From Lytechinus pictus (lineage: Eukaryota): a stretch of DNA of 64,000 bases. The stretch covers positions 19,284,001-19,348,000 of the forward strand of contig NC_087250.1 in NCBI RefSeq assembly GCF_037042905.1, given 5' to 3'. This document shows, one piece after another, positions 49,316 through 60,928 of this stretch. Numbering within the stretch: position 1 is the first letter of the stretch; each line of letters starts with the position of its first letter. The position numbers were made by a program, and so were the translations under genes. The notes below the pieces were generated by a model. The model saw only the letters and a program-made list of their open reading frames with translations, was not told the DNA's origin and made no database searches.

Positions 49316-51699
49316 GGTGATTAACTTCCAACCCAATGGCACAAAGACTTTCCTGTGATATGCATCAAATAGTAGAAATAGAATTTAATAGTAGAAATTG
49401 TGAAAGTTTGAATAAAATATTATAAACTGTGAAAATTTGAATTAAATAGTCAAAATAATTGTGAATGTTTCTAACAAATAATAGAATTGTGAAATTTGCA
49501 TCAACAAATAATTGTGAAAGTTTGCATCAGACCGTAGGAATAATTGTGAAAATTTGCACCAAATACATTAGAAATAATTATGAAAGTCTGCATCAAAAAG
49601 TAGAAATAATTGTGAAATATAGCATCAACAGTAGAAATAATTGTGAAAAATTGCATCAAATAGACTTTGTCAAATTTTGCATCAACAAATACTTGTAAAA
49701 GTTTGCATCAAAGAGTACAAATAATTAAAAAATTGTGAAAGTTTGCATCAAATATAGTAAATATAAGACTTAATTAATGTATTAAATTGAGATGGCCTTG
49801 GCCTAAAAATATAGAGATTGTCAAATTTTGCATCAACAAATACTTGTGAAAGTTTGCATCAAAGAGTACAAATAATTAAAAAATTGTGAAAGTTTGCATA
49901 GAAATATACATAGAAGAAATAATTGTGAAAGTTTGCATTGAAGAAGTCTTAAGGACGTTCCACAGTTATGTTTGTGCGCATTATGATCTGCGCATATTTT
50001 ACCTTCTGCGTGCTGACGTCCCAATAGATGAACTGGTGATTAATCAGCTGAACATTGGTTATGTGAGCTGATTTTTCTCCTTATCTGCACTACATGTAAC
50101 TGCAGATCCGATGTGTTATTTTATGAAGCTATTAAACTGGAATTATTCCATGGACCATATTTTGTATTCCTCTACAATTTCAAAATAGTTTCTCTGTATA
50201 GTGCTGCAAAGTATGTAAATATGACCCTGAGTTTGAATAAATGGAAAAGTTGTTAAGAATTTTTCCTCACATAGATACAAAGCTTTTGGCGCGTTTTCGG
50301 GTGTTTTAAGAAGCAAATTGCTCTAATAAGAGTGCTGATAGTTTGAAAACAAGCACATGAACCCATAATTTTTAACGTTTGTACCTCTTAGGTATACCTT
50401 CCTCTACAGCTTTGCGAAGTTTGGTGAAAATGACATGGGTTTTGAAAAAAGTGCAGTATTTCTTTCAAGTTTATTATTGAAATTTGACATTTTTGTGGTT
50501 GAGTATCTTTCCCGCAATTTCTAAGAACTGAGAGTGTTGTTAGACTTCAATGAGCTAACAATTGACAGCAATATAAATAAATTATCCATCTTACGGATAC
50601 AGTTATTAATAATATTGCAAAATTTGATGAAATCTTCATGGATTTTGACTGAGTTATAGAGCTTTAAACTCATTGTTGTGATCTTGTGAGGTCTAAAAAT
50701 GCCAAATTCTTTGGATGCGCAAATCTTAAGAACATCATCCAATTTGGGTTAACTTTGAAGCTCTATAGCAAAAAATCAAGCACATGGACCCATGTTAATT
50801 TTTGTATATTTGGAATATTCAGGTGCTAAGGTATCTATGTGCAAAGTATGATGAAAATGACATGGATTTTCAATGTTTGGGAACAAGACTACGGAACTAT
50901 TTGCATTTTAGACGGTATTAGCAGACTTTTGCTTGTTTTCGGCGCATTTTGGGCTGTTTCAAGCTAACGCGCAATACTTTGGACACTGATAATTTGAAAA
51001 CGAGCACATGGACCCCATAGTTTAAATATCTTAACTTCTTCAGAATATATTCCTCTACAAATCTAGAGAGTATGATGAAAATGACATGGATTTTGAATGT
51101 TTGGGAGCAGGACTAAGGAACCATTTGTATTTTAGACATTTTGGACGATATTAGACTTTTGCCCAAACGGTTTAAGGCGCATTATAGACCGTTTCAAGCC
51201 AACTCGCAACATTTAAGACACTGATAGTTTGATAACGGGTACATGGATGGAGCCCATACTTTTAATATGTAAACGTCTTCAGAATATATTCCTCTACAAA
51301 TCTAGAGAGTATGATAAAAATGACATGGATTTTGAATGTTTGGGAGCAGAACTACGGAACCATTCGTATTTTAGACATTTTGGACTGTATTATATGACTT
51401 TTACTTGTTTCCGGTGCATTTTGGGCTGTTTCAAGCCAACTCGCAACAGTTTAGACACTGATAGTTAAAAAACGAGCACATGGACCCCATGTTATAAATA
51501 TTTTAACATCATCAGAATGTATTCCTCTGCAAATCTAGAGAGTAGGATGAAAATGACATTGATTTTGAATGTTTGGGAGCAGAACTAAGGAATCATTCGT
51601 ATTTTATACATTTCGGACGGTATTATACTGGTTTCAGCAACTGGGTGGTATAAAAGTTATGAATTGTAAATATAATATTAAGAACAAATGTTTTTTAGA

Positions 51700-51935
51700 A
51701 AACAGGATGCCTTATTTCTATTATAACTTGATATCAACGTTTTTCTTATTAAAAAGGTATAATTATTCAAGAAATATTCAAGCAGATATACAGCATAATT
51801 ATCACAAAGAAATTATTTGGCTAAATAAAGATATCTTATACAAAGGGAAAATTTTATTTTATATGAATTGGATAAACTCTGATATTTTGTTTGTGGGGGA
51901 TTTAATGGATGATAAGGGTTTTCTACCTATAGTAT
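51700..51935 (+). mobile_element. L1/Tx1-like ORF2 C-terminal fragment
   Basis: MPYFYYNLI...EIIWLNKDILYKGKILFYMNWINSDILFVGDLMDDKG resembles the IWxN..LFY..W...GI..V.DL.D..G segment of Tx1-type ORF2. Confidence 0.55.
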
Positions 51936-52260
51936 GATGATAGACATCTTCTCTTCAACCTCGTGGTGATAGTGGACGCCGCCGTGAATTTTTAAAGATC
52001 GTACTACTGACGGAGCTCGTTGCGGTACTCTCTTATTCCTTTTATGATTATATACATTTTCTCTTCAACCTCGTGGTGATAGCGGACGCCGCCGTGAACT
52101 TTCAAAGATCGTACTACTGACGGAGGTCATTGCGGTACTCTCTTACTCCGTTTATGATTATATTCATCTTCTCTTCAACCTCGTGGTGATAGCGGACCCC
52201 GCCGTGAACTTAAGAAAGTCGTATTATCGACGGACATCTCTGCGCTACTCTCTTACATCG
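51935..52260. repeat. Three tandem 110-bp CpG-rich units
   Basis: CTCTTCAACCTCGTGGTGATAG(T/C)GGAC at 51951, ~52061 and 52171. Confidence 0.85.
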
Positions 52261-53303
52261 TACGAGATCAAGAGATCATTCCAATAATTTTAAATCACTA
52301 GCACCTAACATAAAAATACTTTAAAAAGATGTCCCGCCGATCGTTCACTGACCTGTGATCTATGAGAATTATTTTCATTTTATTTTCCTTTGCGACTTTG
52401 CTCGGAAGATGCGTCATTCGTTTATCTTTCTAATAAAAATCACTCATTTTATTGTAAAGCAGTAACACCTCAAAACCCTTCTAAAACATGTTCCAAACGA
52501 TCGCGCATTTTGCCGACTTTCGTTCCAATGCATTTGTCTTTGTGACTTTCCCAGGAAGATGCGCGCGACCGCGAACAAAATTTTGATGTTTTCCTTTGTT
52601 TTTAAACATCGCCGATTCGATTATCGATTTTAGAAGCTTAACTGCCGATCCGATTTTCGATCTGATTTTTTATCCGATTTACAACATTAGTTTAGACACT
52701 GATACATGTAGCTTAAAAACGAGCACGTGGACCCCATGTTTTTAATATTTTAACGTCATCAGAATATATATTACTCTACAAATCTAGTGAGTAGGATGAA
52801 AATGACATGGATTTTGAATGTTTGGGAGCAGAACTAAGGAACCATTTGTATTTTAGACATATTATTAGACTTTTGCATGTTTTCGGCGCATTTTAGGCGA
52901 TTTTCAAGCCAACTTCCAACACTTTGGACACCAATAGTTTAAAAACGAGCACATGGACCCCATATTTTTAAATATTTTAATGCCTTAAGAATATATTCTT
53001 CTACAAATTTAGAGAGTATGATGAAAATGACATGGATTTTGAATGTTAGGGAGCAAAACTACGGAACCATTTGTATTTTAGACATATTATTAGACTTTTG
53101 CATGTTTTCGGCGCATTTTAGGCGATTTTCAAGCCAACTTCCAACACTTTGGACACCAATAGTTTAAAAACGAGCACATGGACCCCATATTTTTAAATAT
53201 TTTAATGCCTTAAGAATATATTCTTCTACAAATTTAGAGAGTATGATGAAAATGACATGGATTTTGAATGTTAGGGAGCAAAACTACGGAACCATTCGCA
53301 TTT

Positions 53304-56300
53304 GGTCATTTTCAAATGTGTGTGACACGACAATTGGAGAGAGTTAAGGGCTCATATCTTTAAACTTAAAGGTTATGAATCAATCATGACTACCCTATTA
53401 TGTACAATGCAGGACTGGCATGGGCCACTACCAGTTTGATTTGAATGCTACAATTTGTTTAGTAGATATGATTGAAAAATGATGCGTGAGTGACACGACA
53501 AATTTTGGACATGGGTTTCTGACCATTATCACTTATGATTGGATTCGTGCCCAAGTAGCGGTCCAGGAGTACTGTGAGTACCCATACATGTACGTAAATA
53601 GTGTACCTATCTAGCACATATAGTCAGAATCAATCAAACCTTCTCTATGGAAAATGGTGCCCTCCTATATACCGTGAGTGACACGACATCCAAAACGTGA
53701 GTGACACGACAAGTGCAAAAATACAACATTTATCTCAACTATGAAAGTATTTTTTACATGATTTACAAGAGTTTAATCCCATCAACCAAAAAACAAGCTT
53801 AATTACATAACACCTGCCTTTTCAAAGTTGATAATGTGTCATCCTAATGATTTATTCTTGGTTTATGGTCATATTTGCCCATCAACTCACATTCCCTATA
53901 CCCTACCGCATTATTGTCACACTCGGGCTTCTACCACTCTCCTCTTTGGAGGAGGAGGCACTTGAAGGAGGTGTTATGTGGTCTTGGCATTGACATCAAC
54001 TCAAACATTCTTTTTGTGGCCTGATTGCATTCAAAACTTTAACTCTTTATCTGTATTTGACAGTTTACGGGTTTACAATTCAGCATCCACAAATAATGGA
54101 ATATTTTTTCCTTGTAAGAAAGGTATTCTCAATAGTCACTCGCACCATCTGGCATGGTTTGGTAGCCAATGATGTCATTTATGACTCCTTTTTCTTGAAA
54201 TATTGGATTACAATATTATCCTCCTTAAATATTTTAGGCCTTGTCCAAATAGGACTTGGCAGCTTCAATGTCTTTTTTTGTACACTGTACCAAACCACAG
54301 TTACTTGGCTGCACACTTCAGATAGATAAATCCGTGAGAAACTTTAATAGGGATCAAGTTCAACTCATCAAGCATTGGTTTTCTCCTGAACACTGCTTGT
54401 ATGTGGACCCCTCCAAAGGCACTGTACCAAAATTCAGAGTTATGATTTTTTAGCAGGAATCTTGCAAGCTGTTTTTCATTGCTAATTATCATATCTGATA
54501 ATAAACCAAACCACGAGTAATACATGGAAAGCCACGAGGTGAAAGACGCATAGTTAGTACCTGATTCTTGCAAAAAGCCACAGCACAGTATGTTTAGTAT
54601 TACCTACATGTACAACTTCATATCATTAGCCTTTCCTTTGATGAGCCCTTGGATGTTACACTGAAATTCAATTCAGCTTCCCCAACCATCAAATACTCCC
54701 CCTATACCTCTATAGCTTTTTCCACGAGGTCCAGCTCAGTTCTAACCAGGGTACGTACCCCCCAAGAAAAATTGATCTACATGAAAACAAGGCAACTCAC
54801 CAAAGTTGCTTAAATGCAAATTTTTGTTCTTGGTTGGGACTTGTTGGTACCTACCTAATTTACTCAATTTTTGTGTGTAATGCAAATCTGCTCCGAACCC
54901 ACATTGGCCCGCTCACTGTAGTTTGCTGTGTAGACCCTAGTTCATCACTAGGGGTATGAATGGTGGCCGAACAAAGAATGATTTTGAACCAGGCATGTAG
55001 CTACTTCAAGCAATATCCAGAATGCTCTTTAAATCTCAGTGTATTCTCACCTGAGATGTTCTTGCAAAAACTTTGTTTATTTCATGTCCTCGAACACATG
55101 CTTTGTGGCAAAAAAGGTTAATTTCAATTAATCAGAAGGAAAGAGGTTTTTCTGATTTTGAAAGAATGTTTGGTGTTCACAGAGATTTCTTCATACTCTT
55201 TTCTACCATAAGAATATTTTATCTATTTCTGCAAATTTCAAAATAAGATCCCTGACCTTGTTACAAGTAGCTTTAAACCTTATAATTAGTAAGACAAAGA
55301 AATAACATTCCTAAAAAGATAGGTGAATGTTCTGCTCATTTCTGTAAATGGAGACAGAGAATGTTCAAGTCATACCTGACTAACTTGAACCATCGCCAAA
55401 TCTTTATGCACTATAAATATGTTCATTACTATGTATAGTGGTTTTCTCTTGATATATTCATAATTTTGTGTTGATTGATTATGTTATATTCTTTTATCTC
55501 AGTACATCATTAAAATATGAATTAGGATCCGAGTCTTTACACGAATGGAAAGTTGTCAAGATTTTTGAAACTGAGGAAACCATGGAGAGGAAAGAAAATA
55601 GATGAACTCAACGTCAAATTCAATATTTCCATTGATAGGGGTGAAGTTGGGAAAATGGAAAATGGAAAAAAATATTAGCCTTTCATAGGCCTAAATGATG
55701 TCAGGAACAACATTTTGACTCCATCCCTGAATTTATCTTGTAAAATGCTTTAAAAATTATTCGATGTCCTTTTTTATACACAATATGAGACCGTGAGTGA
55801 CACGACATTTCATGAGTGACACGACATTGTGAGTGACACGACACAACTTTAACAGTTAATTATAGCTTAACCTTAACACTTTGGACCAAGTTACTTTATA
55901 TACAATAAGGTATGGGAAAACTGTATTTGTTCCTGTACTGGGATAAATTAATTTTCAGAATACACATAACTAGAAAACTTTTTGTCTTTTAAACGTGAGT
56001 GACACGACATCCAGTTTTGAAAACTTTTAAGATCTACTTTTTTCAGAAAAACACTTCAGATAATTTTTTTTTCTTATTTAGGAGTTAGATACAATACAGA
56101 ACTTGTATCTTACCAACAAATACGCTTCTAATACAAATTTTATATTGTGATAGGCAATATGTGAATTTTAATGCAAAAATCAGCATTTTGTAACATTAAA
56201 TTTCCCTTGCACTAAATTCACTGTATTTCCGGACAAAATTAATAATTTTATGTAACTGAAATGAAAAAACATACTTTGAGATGTCTAGTTTAAAAAACCA

Positions 56301-56368
56301 TTGAAGCCTACTGATTTTGAGCAAGTTTTAATTTTCACCCCCATGTCCACTTATGTTTGAAAATGACC
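53304..56368. mobile_element. Sola-like DNA element nested in the Kolobok-like element
   Basis: TIRs GGTCATTTTCAAA / TTTGAAAATGACC; 4-bp TSD ATTT (AWWT); about 8 subterminal GTGAGTGACACGAC motifs. Confidence 0.65.
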
Positions 56369-57471
56369 ATTTTAGATGGTATAATTAGACTTTTGCACGT
56401 TTTGGGCACATTTTCGGCGATTTTCATGCCAACTCGCATCACTTTGGACTCTCATACTTAAAAACAAGCACATGGACCCCATATTTTTAACTTCCCTACA
56501 CCTTCGAAATGCATTCCTCTACAATTTAGCAGAATTTGATGAAAATGACATGAATTTTGAAAAAAGTGCAGATTACAAAATACTTTGTTAATTTTTGAGT
56601 AGATTCACGTCTTTGAAGATTTGCTTTTTCTGAGTTTTTGCACCATTCTTGCCAAATGAGGGCGCTGCTGACTCCAAATAGATATAGTTTTACCAATTAA
56701 AAGACTTTCTCTTACTCTGGTATACACTTTGTAATGTATCTTGAAAATTTGATGAAGTTTGATGCGGTATCCACTCAGTAAAGATGATTTAAACTCATTT
56801 GGTGAATTCGTGAGGTCTAAGAGAGGCATAATTCTCTTGATTGCGCAAGATTACATATCATTCAAATACGGCGACTTTGGAAACCCGTAGAAAAAAAATA
56901 AGCACATGAACCTATATTATTTTTTGCATTTTCATAATTCATAGATACCAAAGTAACTCTGCAAAATTTGGTGAAAATGACATGACATGGAATTCATTTT
57001 AACTGTGGAACGTCCTTAATGAATTCAATTGAGATGGTCATGGCCTAAAAAAAAATCAGATTCTTGTTTTGAAAGACAATTATGGATTTTCAATTTTTCT
57101 TTTTCTCTGCTTCTTTGTTGCTCGAGATTGGTTAAGCGTACAATCATGTATAAACAAAGAGAATCGTGTATGAACAAAGAGAATCGTGTATGAACAAAGA
57201 GAATCGTATCTCAGAAATGCATGATCTCTCTCAACATCAAGAATCTCTCCGTTTCAATCTGTTTTTGTTGGACATACTTACATTACATGTATGTAGGCTT
57301 GGAAAGGGCTGGACACTTTCCAGAAATTTTGGAAAATTTCCATGGAAATTTTCAGTAATTTTCAGCTGCTAGGAATTATCTGGAATTTTCATTTTTCCAC
57401 AAAAAGTGATCAATTGTGTTTCAAAATACAAAATCATAAACTGATATCCTCAAATATTAATTAAATTTCCA

Positions 57472-58280
57472 TTTTTGTCTCACCTGCATAGCAGAGTGAG
57501 ACTATAGGCGCCGCTTTTCCGACGGCGGCGGCGACGGCGGCGGCGACGGCGGCGGCGGCGTCAACACCAAATCTTAACCTGAGGTTAAGTTTTTGAAATG
57601 ACAGCATAACTTAGAAAGTATATGGACCTAGTTCATGAAACTTGGCCATAAGGTTAATCAAGTTTTACTGAACATCCTGCCTGAGTTTCATGTCACATGA
57701 CCAAGGTCAAAGGTCATTTAGGGTCAATGAACTTAGACCATGTTGGGGGAATCAACATCAAAATCTTAACCTAAGGTTCAGTTTTTGAAATGTCATTATA
57801 ACTTAGAAAATATATGGACCTAGTTCATGAAACTTATACATAAGGTTAATCAAGTATCACTGAACATCCTGCATGAGTTTCACGTCACATGACCAAGGTC
57901 AAAGGTCATTTAGGGTCAATGAACTTTGGCCAAATTGGGGTATTTGTTGAATTACCATCATAACTTTGAAAGTTTATGGATCTGATTCATGAAACTTGGA
58001 CATAATAGTAATCAAGTATTACTGAAAATCCTGTGCCAGTTTCAGGTCACATGATCAAGGTCAAAGGTCATGTAAGGTCAAAGAACTTTGGCCACGTTGG
58101 GGGTATTTGTTGAATTGCCATCATATCTCTATAAGTGTTTTGGTCTAGTTCATAAAACGTGGAAATAAGAGTAACCATCACTGAACATCTTGTGCGAGTT
58201 ATAGTAGTTTTCAAAATCAGCACTGCTGCTATATTGAATCGCGTGATGCAGGTGAGACGGCCAGAGGCATTCCACTTGTT
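57472..58280 (-). mobile_element. Helentron-associated element, family A, inverted
   Basis: Reverse complement of 24512-25514 and 32661-33426, including (GGC)n. Confidence 0.8.
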
Positions 58281-58870
58281 AAATATAAGCAACTATAAGT
58301 ATTCTTCATTCTTTGAATTTCTAAGGGTATAAAATATTCATCAAACTGTTATGTAAAAACTATGTATCCATTAATGTAGCATACAATTACAAATGAAGCT
58401 TCTTATCAATTGAACCACCCAAGGGTTCATTACATGCCGCCGCGCACAGAAAATTCAAGCCATAGAAGTCGTGTGTTGTGGACCCAAGAAGTGAGATCCC
58501 AGCACACGCGACCCACTAGTTAGAAATCCACTGCCAAACGCGGTTCGTGGTGCGAGGTTAGTATACTAATACTAACCTCGCAATACGTGAGTGCAATATT
58601 GAACACGAAAAAAATAAAACCTTGCAATTGCATCATACTATTTTTCATTTTTCTTTAGGGCCTAATTCAATTGTCAACTCATTCAAGCCTTTTTAAGAAC
58701 CTACCTTCCATAATTGTAATGTTATTTTTTTAATTGGTTTTGTATAATATGTGAACAATATGAATATGAATATTAACTTAGCACAGCCTGATTAATATTT
58801 TTGAAATGTCCACAAAGTTGGGTGGACACCCCAAACTGAAGAGTGGAAGCACCATACCGGTTACCTCAGG

Positions 58871-59509
58871 CGATGTTCGTGCAGGCTCCACTCCACTTCA
58901 CTACCGCTACACCTACCCGAACATCGGGACAGTGAACTAGATCGGATATTCCGAGTCATAAAAGGTGGGATGGCAATCATGATTCATGCCATGGTTATCG
59001 TAAAAATTAAAGAAAAAAATATAAAGAGGGATATGAATGACTTAATATCTTACTTTACACCCGTATTTCACTCCGTGTCCATCCTCCGGTTATCCTCAAA
59101 ATTGGTGATTTTGGGCCAGTATCTTTTTCCTCACACGTATTATTCACGGCCGATTTCAAAACATCGCATGCGATCGCGATCGATCAGCGACCGATCTCGC
59201 ATGCGATGTTTTGAAATCGGCCGTGAATAATACATGTGAGGAAAAAGATACTGGCCCAAAATCGCCAATTTTGAGGATAACCGGAGGATGGACACGGAGT
59301 GAAATACGGGTGTAAAGTAAGATATTAAGTCATTCATATCCCTCTTTATATTTTTTTTCTTTAATTTTTACGAAAACCATGATTGCCATCCCACCTTTTA
59401 TGACTCGGAATATCCGATCTAGTTCACTGTCCCGATGTTCGGGTAGGTGGAGCGTAGGGCCGTAGTGTAGCGGTAGTGAAGTGGTGGAGTGGAGCCTGCA
59501 CGAACATCG
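58871..59509. repeat. ~640-bp near-perfect palindrome; inner foldback element 58916-59443
   Basis: Arms CCCGAACATCGGGACAGTGAACTAG... / ...CTAGTTCACTGTCCCGATGTTCGGG meet near 59185 with almost no spacer. Confidence 0.9.
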
Positions 59510-60928
59510 GGAGGTACATACCGGTGTGACCCTGGCTCGCGGGCCGCTGGGCTCCGAGTTATATCATAACCTTGTTCATAGAATGATTGGGTTCCGAGCA
59601 GAGACCACCACCCCCACCACAGTATACCCAGTTGTTGTGTGTCCGGACAGGTTGTGTGTCCGGACGATCAATTTTTAGAAAGTCATTTGGAAAAATTTAC
59701 AAGGAAAGTTTTATCAATTTTTAGTACAAAATGTCAGGAAATATTATAGAGAACAAAATAGAAGATGATTACAACTATTGATTTCGTATTTGTAGTGTAA
59801 TCCAATGACAAAAAAGAAGGCTTCAACAATATAAAGTGTCCGGACACCCGATCCCCCATCCTAGTCCTACCGTACCGGTAGGCGGTACGCTGAATTGTCT
59901 CTGCATCTTTCACGCCGTATACCGTACGTACGTACCGTACCGCTACCGGTAGGCGGTACTAATTCTCGTAATTGAAAAGATTCAAGTCAGCTGTGCCCAT
60001 GCGAAATGTATAAGGTCTCTATTTCTGTTGACTGTCTTGGCCTTGGGCGCGGCTCGTGTTATCAATGGGTTTGTGATGCGTCCACTCTTTTTTTTCCTTT
60101 CATGATTTGTATTATTGAGCATACGGTAACATTAAATGTATGGAAAGCAATTTGTCCAAGAAAAACTTTATCATACGGTGTCACGCGCGTAAAACATTCC
60201 CCATAGACTTGTGTTAACATGGAACTTCTGAAAAATTCATAAAAAAATAAACGTGAAATTAGAGGGTCGAATGTTTATTACTATTGGATAGGATATATAT
60301 CTGACATTCCATATCTGACCAGAGAAGAGTATCATAGCCAGCTCATTTTAAAAATAAATCGCATGCATTTATCAAGATAATATGATGGGATCAAATTTAT
60401 CAACTGAAACAGTTAAAATGGCCCTAATTCTTCCACCCGTCAAAAAATAGTTCCGATATATCTTCCCAATTTGGGGAAATGAAGTTCAGTAGTTACCATT
60501 TCTAGAATCAGTGTTAGATTTTCAATTACATTCATACACTTAAATTGTCAATCAGTAATATCAGATTGAACAAAAATTGAATTGGTTAATTGTGTCGAAC
60601 GAATATCTTTAGCCTTTTGTTGTAATTAGGCTCATGGAACCATAATAAAAATATTAATTTCGTGGATTAACCCTAATACTAGTAGACTGGGCAATTTAAA
60701 TGCCTAAGGAGACTGAATAGGGGGGGGGGGGCTGATTATATGATCTCGGCTATCGCTCGTGCAATCCCCCAGGCCATGGCATAATCTACAAAACTAGTAG
60801 TCCCTAGCTAGCTAATATAATAGTATAAGATCAGACTCTTCAAAAATCTAATTGCTAATCAAAAATGTTTATTTATTTATGCATAAAATAATTAGTATGC
60901 TCTAACTAAAAAATGCCCCTAAATGCTA

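Larger units (their letters stand above)
49953..57015. mobile_element. 7.1-kb Kolobok-like non-autonomous element with internal tandem repeats (copy 2 only)
   Basis: Perfect TIRs GGACGTTCCACAGTTA / TAACTGTGGAACGTCC; TTAA TSD; empty site at ~21830; repeated GAGCACATGGACCCC...GATGAAAATGACATGG units of ~230 bp. Confidence 0.85.
29998..60928 (-). repeat. Segmental duplication, copy 2
   Basis: Colinear with 5179-27704; homology is cut at ~60929 by the Penelope-like insertion. Confidence 0.9.

Noticed and set aside
53940..54573. Possible transposase remnant in the Sola-like element
   Set aside because: Short ORFs with stops in all frames and no motif I could recognise.
53320..56010. CRISPR-like array from GTGAGTGACACGAC repeats (also the TACCACA arrays)
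   Set aside because: Eukaryotic context, 14-bp motif, irregular spacing and subterminal position indicate transposase-binding repeats.
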